36,513 nt of DNA, taken from IMG/VR virus record IMGVR_UViG_3300049844_000214, positions 1 to 36,513 of that record; one strand, given 5' to 3'. Source of the stretch: a virus. Lineage: Duplodnaviria > Caudoviricetes. Each line of letters begins with the position of its first letter. The first letter of the stretch is position 1. Below, in pieces: positions 1 through 9,475 of this stretch. A program made the position numbers and the translations under genes. Below the pieces are notes generated by a model. That model searched no databases, was not told where the DNA came from, and saw nothing but the letters and a program-made list of their open reading frames with translations.

Positions 1-127
1 AATTCTAAAGTTACCACCATCACCAGAGAGTGCTGCCCATTTATTTTTAAAGTCCTCTGTTCTTTTAATTACAGGGAATGTTGTAAGCGTATTATTCGAC
101 TTGATCTGAATTTGTAGCCCGTTAGTC
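1..127. repeat. Terminal direct repeat, left copy (circular assembly overlap)
   Basis: 1-127 is identical to 36387-36513, and an ORF reads through the junction in frame. Confidence 0.97.
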
Positions 128-978
128 GGTGTTATATTCTGAGCCAGGAATTGCCCAAATTTTACCCCGTTACCCTGGGCATCAAAAATCATAGACTCAA
201 TAAATAAGTCTGAAGTAGCTGAAGCTGGTATTGTGAAGTCTACAGGAGTAACGCTGCCGTTTTGTCTAATATCTATTCCGTAGGTTACGTTAGAAGCCTC
301 TTGAACGAATAAATCTTCTAGTTCTTTTGCCGTAACCGATACGCTGCCAGAAATACCAAACACACCTAGGTTATGAGGAGAGTCCGGGTCTCTAGTGATT
401 GATATTGGCTTACTTCTACTCTTAAGCGTATTGAATGGCACCGTAACTGAAGCGGTCCCTGTAGTTGTAACTGTGAAGTCATTAAGATTAGGTCGCTCTA
501 CAAACTCACCGGTGAGAGAAAACGCTGTAGCACTAATATGAACCATTGGCCTATCTGTGACCTTGAGCGCTTTAAGATCACACGTCGTCTTAAATGTTGA
601 GTCTAGATTTAGCTCGCTTACAATTCTATCTCTTAACTTAAACTCATCACCGACTTCGCCAGCCAATACAGTGAAAACCTTCGTGTATGAAGGATAATCA
701 GCATCTGGAGAAGTTGGATCGTTATTCGTGCCAGCGACATATATCGTGATCGTGCTGCCGGCTGAGCCTGTATTATTAATCGTGAAGTACGCATCTGGCA
801 GAGGATCAAAACCAAACGTAGAAGTGACGATAACTTCACCGATAGTTAGAAGCCCATTTCTACCAAACTGATCCTGAATAACAGCGGCTCTTAAACCTGA
901 ACTAGTTTGACCGTCAGCTATTACCGCTACTGATTCATCTAGTGTAGTTGTGAGGTTTGAGTCTTCTAAGCCTGCCAT
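1..978 (-). CDS. Putative virion structural protein, 5' part of an origin-spanning gene (about 387 aa in total)
   Basis: Missing from the ORF track. ATG at 978 (MAGLEDSNLTTTLDESVAVIADG...) stays open to position 1, continues from 36386 and stops at TGA 36201. Beta-rich and within the structural operon. Confidence 0.85.
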   Translation of the reverse strand, partial: MAGLEDSNLTTTLDESVAVIADGQTSSGLRAAVIQDQFGRNGLLTIGEVIVTSTFGFDPLPDAYFTINNTGSAGSTITIYVAGTNNDPTSPDADYPSYTKVFTVLAGEVGDEFKLRDRIVSELNLDSTFKTTCDLKALKVTDRPMVHISATAFSLTGEFVERPNLNDFTVTTTGTASVTVPFNTLKSRSKPISITRDPDSPHNLGVFGISGSVSVTAKELEDLFVQEASNVTYGIDIRQNGSVTPVDFTIPASATSDLFIESMIFDAQGNGVKFGQFLAQNITPTNGLQIQIKSNNTLTTFPVIKRTEDFKNKWAALSGDGGNFRI

Positions 979-984
979 TTAGTA

Positions 985-1167
985 TTACTTCGATTTATTC
1001 TGAGCAATTGCTACGGCTCTCATCTGACCCTTGCGATGAAGTTGACGTTGATATGCTATTGCTTCGGCTTCAGTATCAAACGACTTTTTTGCTTTTTCTT
1101 GAGGATCTCGCTCCGCTTTCGATAGCTTTACTTCCCACTTCTGACCCTTCTTTTCTATCTTCGCCAT
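985..1167 (-). CDS. Small basic protein (60 aa), resembles an Arm/AP2-like DNA-binding domain
   Basis: GAGGAG RBS before ATG 1167. MAKIEKKGQKWEVKL...KKSFDTEAEAIAY pattern. Confidence 0.5.
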   Translation of the reverse strand: MAKIEKKGQKWEVKLSKAERDPQEKAKKSFDTEAEAIAYQRQLHRKGQMRAVAIAQNKSK

Positions 1168-1348
1168 CTTTAAACTCCTCTTTTTCTGCGGCTTTTTTAG
1201 TCTCCGCCATATTTTGGGCCGATAACCACTCAAGCGCTCTAACCATTCTGACCATATCAGAACCGCTTACTGTGAAAGTGCCCTTAGATATTTGCTGAAT
1301 TAAAAATTTAACGTATTCATTTGGAGTCGGAGTCATGAAAGAAATCAT
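1076..1348 (-). CDS. Hypothetical protein
   Basis: ORF co-oriented in the structural operon; 3' end overlaps 985-1167. Confidence 0.55.
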   Translation of the reverse strand: MISFMTPTPNEYVKFLIQQISKGTFTVSGSDMVRMVRALEWLSAQNMAETKKAAEKEEFKDGEDRKEGSEVGSKAIESGARSSRKSKKVV

Positions 1349-1376
1349 GGCCCCGACTCACAAATTTTTCAAGCTA

Positions 1377-2144
1377 TTATGCTAATTCAAACACGCGAAC
1401 AGCTTTTGATGCAGTTCCACAGATACCATAAAGCGTAACGCCTTGACCGATCTCAAGAGACAGTGTTGCGCCTTTGTCAATTTGCAAACCACTGCCGACA
1501 GTAACGCCAGTTGGTCCAACGTATACTGGTTTGTCAGATACGTTCTGAATAATCATGCGAGTACGACCGGCAAGCGCAGTAGTTGGCAAAGCAACTTCAG
1601 TCAAACCAGTCGTAACTTCAACGCTAGCTGCGGCAATTGCAGGGGCATCGTTGATAAAAGTACGGCGATAACGGTCCATCGCCAAATTCCCTTTGTCGCC
1701 CGCTGCGATACTGCCCAAAGCGGCAGATTGATCATAAGCATGGCCGCCAATTTTCAGTGGGTCTTCTGAATCCACTTCGTCATCACCGACCATGTCTCCA
1801 ACGAGATCAATGTCAGTAATAACTCTCAAGCGACCCTGAGCGTCAACTTGCATTGGGGCATAGTCGCCATCGGCACTAACGAGTGAGCCTTGCGCGTCTT
1901 TTCGAACAGCCAAGATGAATTGACCATTGTCGCCAGTGGTGTGGGCGTCATCTTCAGCAAAGATACCGCTATCGGCTCCGCCAACGAGGTTAACGTCGAG
2001 GGCTTCTTTGCCTCCGATGTTTGTAGAGCTAATCAAATCACCGTCGCTACCTGCACGGAGATAAGAACCGACATTTGGCGAAGCGTCGGCTGTAGCTACT
2101 GATGTAGAATCAAAAATAAGACGATCTAGTGTTAAAGCACTCAT
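1377..2144 (-). CDS. Putative virion (head decoration-like) protein with C-terminal beta-sandwich
   Basis: Downstream of the capsid gene. C-terminal RxxxxIQN..xxVYVG...G..I..G domain shared with 2496-2915. Confidence 0.65.
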   Translation of the reverse strand: MSALTLDRLIFDSTSVATADASPNVGSYLRAGSDGDLISSTNIGGKEALDVNLVGGADSGIFAEDDAHTTGDNGQFILAVRKDAQGSLVSADGDYAPMQVDAQGRLRVITDIDLVGDMVGDDEVDSEDPLKIGGHAYDQSAALGSIAAGDKGNLAMDRYRRTFINDAPAIAAASVEVTTGLTEVALPTTALAGRTRMIIQNVSDKPVYVGPTGVTVGSGLQIDKGATLSLEIGQGVTLYGICGTASKAVRVFELA

Positions 2145-2173
2145 GAGTTAAAGATTCCTTTCTTTAACTTATT

Positions 2174-2491
2174 TTAAGCCCATTCCACGATCTCAACAAT
2201 TTGTGACGCTTTATTTGTCTGAAAGTAAATTGAACCGCTAAATGAAATTAAATCCTCTGAGTAAACCGCTCCGGCTGGAACGGTTAAGTAAGTTGTAGCG
2301 GTGTCTCCACTATTGAAGGCAACTCTCATCGTAGCGTTACCTCTGACCTTGATTGTGAACTTAACTGCAGAAGGCCCTAGGGCTTGCGAAACCTCAGTGT
2401 TAGCCAAAGGCACCGAGACGTTATGGATGGTCGGGGTAAAGCCCGCTTCGAGCGTAGCCCGTCCTCTGAATACACCTGTTATATTACTCAT
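2174..2491 (-). CDS. Putative small virion beta-sandwich protein
   Basis: Operon position; beta-strand pattern resembling its neighbours. Confidence 0.6.
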   Translation of the reverse strand: MSNITGVFRGRATLEAGFTPTIHNVSVPLANTEVSQALGPSAVKFTIKVRGNATMRVAFNSGDTATTYLTVPAGAVYSEDLISFSGSIYFQTNKASQIVEIVEWA

Positions 2492-2495
2492 TTGG

Positions 2496-2915
2496 TTAGG
2501 CTATCTCTAGCACTTTGATCTTAACGGTTTTGCCGGATTCGGCAATAGCGAATATGGAGATGACGTCGGTGACGTCTAGATTGAAAGATTCGTTTGGTCC
2601 AACTTCAAAACCTGCGGTTGTTCCAAGGCTTCTATCTGCAGTTACTCCTAAAGTAGGGCCACAATAGATAGTCTCGGCCTCATCGAGGTTCACTATCGAG
2701 ATTGCGTTTCTGTTTGCTAAGGCGGTAGGAGGGATAGCTCCGGCAACGTCGGTCACGTTCATTGTAGTGACCCTAAAGCCCTCGTTAAGCCCACTAGGGA
2801 CGGTGTCGATCGTCCCACCACTGATCTCTGTGACGGTTCTAACAGCGGTGTCATTATTCTTGTTGAGTGTAAACTTATCGTGCTCGCGATCTTCGAGCAT
2901 CTCACGCAGAACCAA
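2496..2915 (-). CDS. Putative virion beta-sandwich protein
   Basis: RNAISIVNLDEAETIYCG...GFEVGPNESFNLDV aligns by eye with the C-terminus of 1377-2144. Confidence 0.6.
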   Translation of the reverse strand: MVLREMLEDREHDKFTLNKNNDTAVRTVTEISGGTIDTVPSGLNEGFRVTTMNVTDVAGAIPPTALANRNAISIVNLDEAETIYCGPTLGVTADRSLGTTAGFEVGPNESFNLDVTDVISIFAIAESGKTVKIKVLEIA

Positions 2916-3108
2916 GTTTTAACTCCTGTTTCACGTCAATGTCGGCGTCGGCATAGAACCAGGCGACCCAGTTCTTGCCGTCCTTCTGAATACCAAAATA
3001 CTTATGTTGCGCGCCGCGCTTAATATTATTAATTAGCATGGACCGCACCAACTCTTTTGGAGAAGGTGCGGTCAGAAACTGAGGAACATTTAGTATTCGT
3101 TCAGCCAT
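2902..3108 (-). CDS. Hypothetical protein
   Basis: ORF directly after the capsid gene, coupled to its neighbours. Confidence 0.6.
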   Translation of the reverse strand: MAERILNVPQFLTAPSPKELVRSMLINNIKRGAQHKYFGIQKDGKNWVAWFYADADIDVKQELKLGSA

Positions 3109-3121
3109 GCTAATGGATCAA

Positions 3122-3961
3122 TTAAGCAGCGGTACCGATGAGGACTTGGCGCTTGCCAGAATCCATGACTTTCGAACCGTAGAGTTCCCATAGCAAGTAC
3201 TCAGTTGCTACGTTCGGAAGATCTCTCATTGATTCGAAGGTAGGTGCCTTCTGCATTGCGAAACCTACTGCCGACTTGTGGTAGTAGATCACGTTGTTAT
3301 CTTCACAAACAGTGCTCATGATTACCTTAGAGCCGTAGAGCATACCGAGTTCACCGAGTTGAACAGGGTTAGCGCTGCCGTACTTATCAACATGAACGAA
3401 ATCATCGATAGCGAGCAATTCCTTCTCGTGAAGTGGGTTAACAAGCAAGTAGCGATCCATTCCTGGGACCACTTGAGTGTTAAGCAAATAACGAGCATTC
3501 AGAATGTCTGACTTACCCAGAGTAGAAGCGTTGGCGAATGCAACTCTGTGATCAGGAGCAGCTGCCGAAGCGAGCTTCAACTGAACATACAGGTCTTTGT
3601 CAATTTGAAGAGCCAACTCAGCTGCCATTTCCTTAATGATTTCAGCTTCAACGTCCGGCATAGCTTGAATCGCAGCAATAGATTCCATGCGAGCCAAGAT
3701 AGCCTTATGTTTAGCCAACGAAATAGCATCAACTGCGAAAGTGAGAACTTGTGCAGTCAATGCGCTATTTTCAGCCTTGTCGCCAGCTGCGAATTGGGTT
3801 CTTCGTGGGATTTGAACTTCTTTGGCACCCTTAACCGCGTAAGACGAAAAATCTGTTACGGTTGGGATCAAAAAAGAAGTTTGTTTCAATACGTCTTGTA
3901 CAATACCAGCAACGATATCAACTGCCGTTGCTGATGTCTCTGTTACGCCAATATCTGCCAT
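3122..3961 (-). CDS. Major capsid protein (HK97 fold)
   Basis: Follows the scaffold gene and has an AGGAGG RBS. Motifs L...VP..DRYLLVNP, GELGMLYGSKVIMS, YHKSAVGFA, LYGSKVMD. Confidence 0.85.
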   Translation of the reverse strand: MADIGVTETSATAVDIVAGIVQDVLKQTSFLIPTVTDFSSYAVKGAKEVQIPRRTQFAAGDKAENSALTAQVLTFAVDAISLAKHKAILARMESIAAIQAMPDVEAEIIKEMAAELALQIDKDLYVQLKLASAAAPDHRVAFANASTLGKSDILNARYLLNTQVVPGMDRYLLVNPLHEKELLAIDDFVHVDKYGSANPVQLGELGMLYGSKVIMSTVCEDNNVIYYHKSAVGFAMQKAPTFESMRDLPNVATEYLLWELYGSKVMDSGKRQVLIGTAA

Positions 3962-3967
3962 TTGAAA

Positions 3968-4558
3968 TTACCTCCTATGTAATTCACTGGCCCGAATCTT
4001 TTTAAAAGCTTCGAGTTTATCTGTTAGTGACATGTCCTTGACGGTCCTAGGTTTCTCCTCAACCGTCTGTGGAATAGTCGTATGTATTACTGTTTTCTTT
4101 TGCGAGCCAAACATCTGTGGTTTTTGTTTTCTGTACTCTTCAATTAAAACTTCAACTCCATCCACTGTGTGGTTCTCCGTGTCGAATTCTACAAGATCGA
4201 GATTCCCCATCATGTAGACCGCCTCTGGGTCGATACAACCTGCCTTGGTTGCAGCTTCGACGACTGCGGTTTTAATTGTTTTCTGCACATACTTTTCAAC
4301 CCATTGCTTCTTACTCTCTGATTCCTTCTGCCAAAGGTCTTTGTACTTACCTTGCTCAGCTAGTTCAGATTGTTTAGAGGCTTCGAGTTTAGATCGCAGC
4401 TCTTCTAATTCTTTTTTAGTCTCCTGAAGTCTAGACTTATAACGTTTTGATTCTTCTAGAAGACGAGCTTCAGTCGAACTAGACGTTTTTGCCTCAACTT
4501 CATCGACCGGTGCCTTCGCATCCTTAACTTCGGCATTCGCCTCTGGTTTAATATCCAT
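3968..4558 (-). CDS. Capsid scaffolding protein
   Basis: Charged coiled-coil with ESKRYK and KPQMFG motifs, just upstream of the capsid gene. Confidence 0.8.
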   Translation of the reverse strand: MDIKPEANAEVKDAKAPVDEVEAKTSSSTEARLLEESKRYKSRLQETKKELEELRSKLEASKQSELAEQGKYKDLWQKESESKKQWVEKYVQKTIKTAVVEAATKAGCIDPEAVYMMGNLDLVEFDTENHTVDGVEVLIEEYRKQKPQMFGSQKKTVIHTTIPQTVEEKPRTVKDMSLTDKLEAFKKIRASELHRR

Positions 4559-4594
4559 TGTAATCGCCTTTCGGTGTTGTTTCTAATCTCTGTG

Positions 4595-5116
4595 TCATTT
4601 TAGTAACTGTTTCAAGTTTTTTTCAAGGTATTCTGTGACTTGTGCCTTTATTGAGTCAAAAATACTACGTCTAAGTGTCTCTTTACCCTCTGGAATGATT
4701 GGTCTTTGCGCTTGGTTGTTGTGTCCTTCGCGGTGTCCTTGCTCTTTGTCGTCAGCATCGCGGTCGAATCTTTTGTCAAACCCAACTCTTGGTAGGAATG
4801 AACCTGACTGAAGCTTCGGTGCTAGAGATCTTAAAGAGTTTAGGAATTTACCAGATAGTTTAAGGTTTACAGGCGATAGTGACTTACCTGAAATCCTACC
4901 AGATTGAATTCTTTTTCTATAACCGCCACGATAAGCAGAAAAGTTACCCTTACCTGCTATTGGGCTACTACCAGACGATATAAGTTCTTTCATTCGATTT
5001 GCTACGATTGAGCCAATATCTTGAGCTTGTTGTTTATTTAGCCCAACTTTAGTAGCAGTAATATTCTTAATTCTAGTAGTTAGCTTTGATGTATTGATCT
5101 TTACGTCAATCGCCAT
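4595..5116 (-). CDS. Putative virion morphogenesis/neck protein
   Basis: Basic protein with VNLKLSGKFLNSL and QAQRPIIP motifs; resembles 5106-5582. Confidence 0.6.
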   Translation of the reverse strand: MAIDVKINTSKLTTRIKNITATKVGLNKQQAQDIGSIVANRMKELISSGSSPIAGKGNFSAYRGGYRKRIQSGRISGKSLSPVNLKLSGKFLNSLRSLAPKLQSGSFLPRVGFDKRFDRDADDKEQGHREGHNNQAQRPIIPEGKETLRRSIFDSIKAQVTEYLEKNLKQLLK

Positions 5117-5582
5117 CGACGATCTCGTTTACGATCTTAGCTATTTTCTTGATGATCTTCTGATCAAAGTGCTGACCCTTCGTTTCGTCTGGAATGAATT
5201 GTCGTTCTGGTAGTGGCGAGTTACCAGAGAAATTATTATGCCCGTCCGCTTTACCTTGTTGATCATCACTCACTGTGACTCTGAGTTTATTCCCAAACTG
5301 GCCTACCTCTAGAGACGACATCAGGTCGCCGTCTAATCGGAGATCAGAATAAGAAGCCCCCCCTTGAGCCTTTTTCTTCTTTAGGTACGACTTAGATAAA
5401 CTTCGTTGCCAGTCGCCATCTTCAACGGGCGAAGTCCCACGCTTAGTATATGCAAGTATTTCTCTCTCTAACATCTCGGCGACAGACGTGATGACGTCCT
5501 CTCTTATTGATTTCGGTACTCGCTTCTTAACGCCTGCTACGATTAGCGGATCGAAATCAAACTTCACCTTGCGATTCGCCAT
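5106..5582 (-). CDS. Putative virion morphogenesis protein
   Basis: LSKSY..KK, SDLRLDGDLMSSL, GHN, LPERQFIP motifs typical of phage virion morphogenesis proteins. Confidence 0.65.
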   Translation of the reverse strand: MANRKVKFDFDPLIVAGVKKRVPKSIREDVITSVAEMLEREILAYTKRGTSPVEDGDWQRSLSKSYLKKKKAQGGASYSDLRLDGDLMSSLEVGQFGNKLRVTVSDDQQGKADGHNNFSGNSPLPERQFIPDETKGQHFDQKIIKKIAKIVNEIVDGD

Positions 5583-7125
5583 TTATATCTTCATCCTCTT
5601 TGGTCATGCTATCCTTGGCGTTTATGTCTCGTCCTATAATGTTATCTATTTGACCGGATCGCTCTATGGATATTTCTTTCATTTTAGTATCGATTTGATC
5701 ATCAGTCATCTCTGGGTTGAGCATCTTAATCGCGTCGATCTTCGTGATGAGCCCAAGCGCTAGCATCCTCTCGATGTCGTCTAGCTTTTCTTTGTTAGAC
5801 TCCATCGGGCGAATAGATGGGAATACAATGTTAACTTCTAGGTCTTGGCTAAACATACCCAGTGCCGCTGCGTCTTCATCAAGAGCACCGTTCTCGTATA
5901 GATAGTTATGGTATTTTGCTATTACCTGCCAAAGTTCTGACTCAGCTGTAGCAAATTTCGATTGCTTAGCTTGAATGTCCTCAAGTGTGTCGCTCATCGA
6001 GATCAGTGCGTGAAAGCCTGACGTGAAGTCACGACCTGATAGGGTGCCTCCGATAGATTTCGGGTCTAGAGAGTTAGTTGAAAGAAGTAATCCCAAGATA
6101 TCTAGTAGTAGGTTCTTATACTCTTCAATTGGTGGGTTGTTCTGAACGTACTGCATCTCTGGTTGTGGGAGTCCAGAGTCAGGTTGCTGTTTCAACCAGA
6201 CGATTTTATTAAGCCCAATAACGCTATTTTTAGGCTCTTCTATCGACTTAATTACCATCTGCCCCCAACCCTGCTGCTTCGAGATGGTGAGTAAATCAGA
6301 GAACCCTAACTGTAGAGCCATGGTCAGATCGATCATATCGTCGCCATACATAGCCCAGAACTCGTTATCGCGATCCTTGGTTAGGTTAACAAATGGAGCA
6401 ACACCGAGTGGGTTTAATGTCGCAATCGATGGGTCAATACCTTGTGGAATAATTGGGTTACCTTCGCTATCGCAAAGAAAATGTTCTTCATCAGACCAGA
6501 AAATATAATTCCTTTTTATTTCTGGGTGTTCGTTTGAATCTACTTGATCGCCTGCGGACTTGTTTTGAAGAATGCGATTATACGATTGAACACCTGTAGC
6601 AGACGGAAGATCTGAATCAGGGTTAACCTCACCCTCTTCAACGAATGAGTTTAGAATCCAGTACTTTGCTTTCGTTTGATCGAACTCATCAGGAGCTACC
6701 GAGTAGTTATAAGCTGGCAGGATGTAGAGACAGAGTTTACCGTTTTGTTTAGGCATGACGTAAGCAGGTGCGTTTGAGAATAACTCCAAGTAACGATCCC
6801 ACTTTAGCATGACGTCGTTTAGTTTTAGTTCATTCACATAGAAATCAATAAGTGCCTGATCGGATGGTAATTGCGCGTATCGTGAAGGTGCTTTCTTGAA
6901 TAGACCCGCTTTTTTGTCACAGATCTTCTTGAGTAGGTTGATGGGACAGAGACGCATCTCAGGAATCGACTCAGGTCCGAACTCGCGTCTAAGTTGCTCG
7001 ATGAGAAACGACCGACCGCCGTCTTTGTAAATTCTGTGACGCTTAAGGTAGGCAGTACGTCTTGTTTTCTCTGCCTCGCCGTTAATCTCTGCAATGATTT
7101 GTTTAATCTGATTAATGTTTGCCAT
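5557..7125 (-). CDS. Portal protein
   Basis: 522 aa directly after terL. NLLKKICDKKAGLF and NPLGVAPFV are SPP1-like portal motifs. Confidence 0.85.
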   Translation of the reverse strand: MANINQIKQIIAEINGEAEKTRRTAYLKRHRIYKDGGRSFLIEQLRREFGPESIPEMRLCPINLLKKICDKKAGLFKKAPSRYAQLPSDQALIDFYVNELKLNDVMLKWDRYLELFSNAPAYVMPKQNGKLCLYILPAYNYSVAPDEFDQTKAKYWILNSFVEEGEVNPDSDLPSATGVQSYNRILQNKSAGDQVDSNEHPEIKRNYIFWSDEEHFLCDSEGNPIIPQGIDPSIATLNPLGVAPFVNLTKDRDNEFWAMYGDDMIDLTMALQLGFSDLLTISKQQGWGQMVIKSIEEPKNSVIGLNKIVWLKQQPDSGLPQPEMQYVQNNPPIEEYKNLLLDILGLLLSTNSLDPKSIGGTLSGRDFTSGFHALISMSDTLEDIQAKQSKFATAESELWQVIAKYHNYLYENGALDEDAAALGMFSQDLEVNIVFPSIRPMESNKEKLDDIERMLALGLITKIDAIKMLNPEMTDDQIDTKMKEISIERSGQIDNIIGRDINAKDSMTKEDEDINGESQGEV

Positions 7126-8406
7126 TTAGTTCCACCTGCTCAGTGAGCCGAATTGCGGTTGGTTGACGCTATCGTCCATCCTATTAATGAAGAAGTAGCG
7201 TAGAGCGTCATTGATATCATCATCCTTCTTGACTGGGTTCTCGTTAACGATACTGCCATTTTTCTCAGGATACACGTACTGCCTCATTGAGTCGATTAGC
7301 TTAGGGCATTTCGGTTCATTCACGAATAGCCTGATCTGCCCTGTCATGGTCTTGATGTGGTTTCGTACGAGTGTAATGCCCTTCTGAACCGGGCTAGAGC
7401 GGTACTTGAAGTGAATCGAGCGCTTGGGGTCTCTAAACCACTGAACGTTAGATCTACCCGTTTGCTCGCGCTCTTGGTTACCTGCGATATCGCAATAGTA
7501 TTCTGATATTTTGTATGGCTTAGAGATCATGATCTCGTAGAGCTTTTCTAGAGTTACCTTCGATTGACAGAACTCATCGATGACGTAGACGGTGTTTGTT
7601 TTCGTGTCGAGCTGAAGCCAAAGAACAGCAACGGGGTGAGCCCAACCCCAGTCGACTGACACATAAGTTGGTAGCTTATCGTCGTATGGGTATAGGCCAC
7701 AGTTACTCTCAGAGAAATCGTCGTAGACCAGGTTTGTAGCGGGCGTATTCCAATCGATCTCAAACATCGCTCTAAATGTGCGAGGAGATAGAGTGGCCTT
7801 CATCCGCTCTAACTCTTCTTGCGGGAAATGAGGGTTATCTTTCGTAAACCACACCCATACTCTTGAGTCAGGGAATTTGTTTTCTATAAACGTCTTGTAT
7901 ATCCAGTGAGCTTTAGGATTCACGATGTTTGGCCCGAGCGACCCTTCGATAGTTATCGTCCCCATCGTGTCTGATGTTCTGGCTAGAGACTCAAAGAACA
8001 CCTCTTCGCCACACTGAAACGCTTCTGTTATGAATATGTGATTTAGTTTCTCACCCTCCATGCGAGAGATCTTTTCGCCAGAGAAACTCTTGATCATAGT
8101 GTTATTCGTTTGCCACGTCATGATCTGATCGGACTTATTAAAGTCCTCCTCAAAAGGCTTAGCGAACTTACGAAACTTAGGCCAGACGAGACGTCTAAGC
8201 ATCCCTTCCGTGGGGGCGATGATTCCTATCTGATATGGGTCGCGTCCGTTATCGTTATAATTGGGCTGTTTTTCTGCCTTTAGAATCGTATCGATGTAGC
8301 AGGCCTCGCTCTTGCCAGATCTTTTGGCACTGCAGATCACTCTTATTCTGTGGTCATCCTGAATAAATTCTTGTTGAGCAGGAAACGGTTCAAATATTAT
8401 TGCCAT
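7126..8406 (-). CDS. terL: Terminase large subunit
   Basis: PFPAQ adenine-binding motif, Walker A-like KRSGKS, IIAPT, DNPHF, nuclease motifs VDWGWAHP and DDINDALRY. Confidence 0.93.
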   Translation of the reverse strand: MAIIFEPFPAQQEFIQDDHRIRVICSAKRSGKSEACYIDTILKAEKQPNYNDNGRDPYQIGIIAPTEGMLRRLVWPKFRKFAKPFEEDFNKSDQIMTWQTNNTMIKSFSGEKISRMEGEKLNHIFITEAFQCGEEVFFESLARTSDTMGTITIEGSLGPNIVNPKAHWIYKTFIENKFPDSRVWVWFTKDNPHFPQEELERMKATLSPRTFRAMFEIDWNTPATNLVYDDFSESNCGLYPYDDKLPTYVSVDWGWAHPVAVLWLQLDTKTNTVYVIDEFCQSKVTLEKLYEIMISKPYKISEYYCDIAGNQEREQTGRSNVQWFRDPKRSIHFKYRSSPVQKGITLVRNHIKTMTGQIRLFVNEPKCPKLIDSMRQYVYPEKNGSIVNENPVKKDDDINDALRYFFINRMDDSVNQPQFGSLSRWN

Positions 8407-8779
8407 TAGACTTTAAGTCGTTAACAGCTTCTTTAAAATTGATCACAAGTTTTTCGTTCGACTGAGTCTCTTGTTTAATTTCTTGTTTCTCACTCATGCC
8501 TAAGTACTGTTTTGAGAGCCAAATCATAAGGGTTTTGTCACCCGCCATAGCGGCTTCAAACATTTTGCGTCTGAGCGCAATTTTGCCGCGCCCGCGCTTT
8601 TGCTCGAAGTATTCAGCAAAAAGCATACCTTTATCGCGTTCAACTGCGCGTTCTATGGTGTCGATTGAACAATCGAACCAAGAGGCAATCTCTCTGAGAG
8701 AGCATTGAATATGGCAGAGTTTATCAAACTCAACCCAATTTATTTCTGTAAGTGGTCTACCACGCTTAGCCTCGGCCAT
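8390..8779 (-). CDS. terS: Terminase small subunit
   Basis: GRP + HTH N-terminus and A..GD.T..IWL.KQYLG motif; overlaps the terL start. Confidence 0.85.
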   Translation of the reverse strand: MAEAKRGRPLTEINWVEFDKLCHIQCSLREIASWFDCSIDTIERAVERDKGMLFAEYFEQKRGRGKIALRRKMFEAAMAGDKTLMIWLSKQYLGMSEKQEIKQETQSNEKLVINFKEAVNDLKSNGNNI

Positions 8780-8837
8780 CAGTCCTTCGACTCTCTACCC
8801 GATATCCATTCGGATGTTTACATTGTAACTCAGATTG

Positions 8838-9014
8838 TTATTCAAACGCCATTGGGACGACGACGAGTTGAAGATTCATGTCTCTGCATTCAGACAACTT
8901 CATAACGCTCTGAGCATCAGACTGTGGCACTTCAAGTGACACAAGCCAACCACCATCAACAGTGGTTTGTATCTTGCCCAGCGTCACTGTCATGGTTATT
9001 GTTTCTAGATCCAC
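8838..9014 (-). CDS. Hypothetical protein (probable GTG start at 9014)
   Basis: 3' part of track ORF 8838..9101 (KIQTTVDGGWLVSLEVP). Start is uncertain. Confidence 0.5.
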   Translation of the reverse strand: MDLETITMTVTLGKIQTTVDGGWLVSLEVPQSDAQSVMKLSECRDMNLQLVVVPMAFE

Positions 9015-9372
9015 GCTTAGAAAATGGCCTATGATGCCACAGACCGCAAGACTTGATTTTACAGTTACCCACTTGTTCTTGAACATCTTCAAAGCCGACA
9101 CAATCTAGACATTTGAGTTTAACTGATTCAGTCTTGCTACCCGACCCAGACATAACTTTGGCGGCGAGAAATCGTGCTCGCAGTGGTACCGCGTTGTAGC
9201 GGACCTTTTGAGAATCAGACAATTTAGCCTCAAAGCCAGCAATACGTGCCGCAACGAGAGCACGTTGTTCATCTGGGTCTAGTTGGGTGCCCCTTAGGTG
9301 TGCCGCTGTTCTCCCCCCTGATTTACGGTCGCTAACTGGCAAACTAGGGGTATCGTGGTTGTGTTCTGTCAT
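8956..9372 (-). CDS. Hypothetical protein with Cys motif (CLDC...C....C.LW)
   Basis: ORF with a putative Zn-binding motif. Confidence 0.6.
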   Translation of the reverse strand: MTEHNHDTPSLPVSDRKSGGRTAAHLRGTQLDPDEQRALVAARIAGFEAKLSDSQKVRYNAVPLRARFLAAKVMSGSGSKTESVKLKCLDCVGFEDVQEQVGNCKIKSCGLWHHRPFSKRGSRNNNHDSDAGQDTNHC

Positions 9373-9459
9373 GCGATATCGTCTATATTCCTAGACATAC
9401 CAAGTCAAGTCCTTTTTGACACAGGTAACAAAGACACAACTACCATTCGCAACGCCTAT

Positions 9460-9468
9460 TGTTATAAT
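9460..9468 (+). promoter_or_regulatory. Extended -10 promoter (TGTTATAAT); likely leaderless transcript for the ATG at 9476
   Basis: Consensus TGnTATAAT ends 7 nt before the ATG, and no RBS is present. Confidence 0.5.
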
Positions 9469-9475
9469 ATTAGAT

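Noticed and set aside
1-127. Biological terminal repeat of the virion DNA
   Set aside because: It is exactly 127 nt and falls mid-gene, so it is most likely an assembler k-mer overlap.
957-6508. Plus-strand ORFs antisense to structural genes (also 24430-25077, 26644-27133, 30447-31547, 33482-33667)
   Set aside because: Shadow ORFs of well-supported minus-strand genes, with no motifs of their own.
8823-8846. Partial gapped self-matches for tracts A, D and E (for example near 8826, 15829-15870, 22270-22310)
   Set aside because: At most four consecutive dinucleotides match, which is expected by chance. The manual search was not exhaustive.
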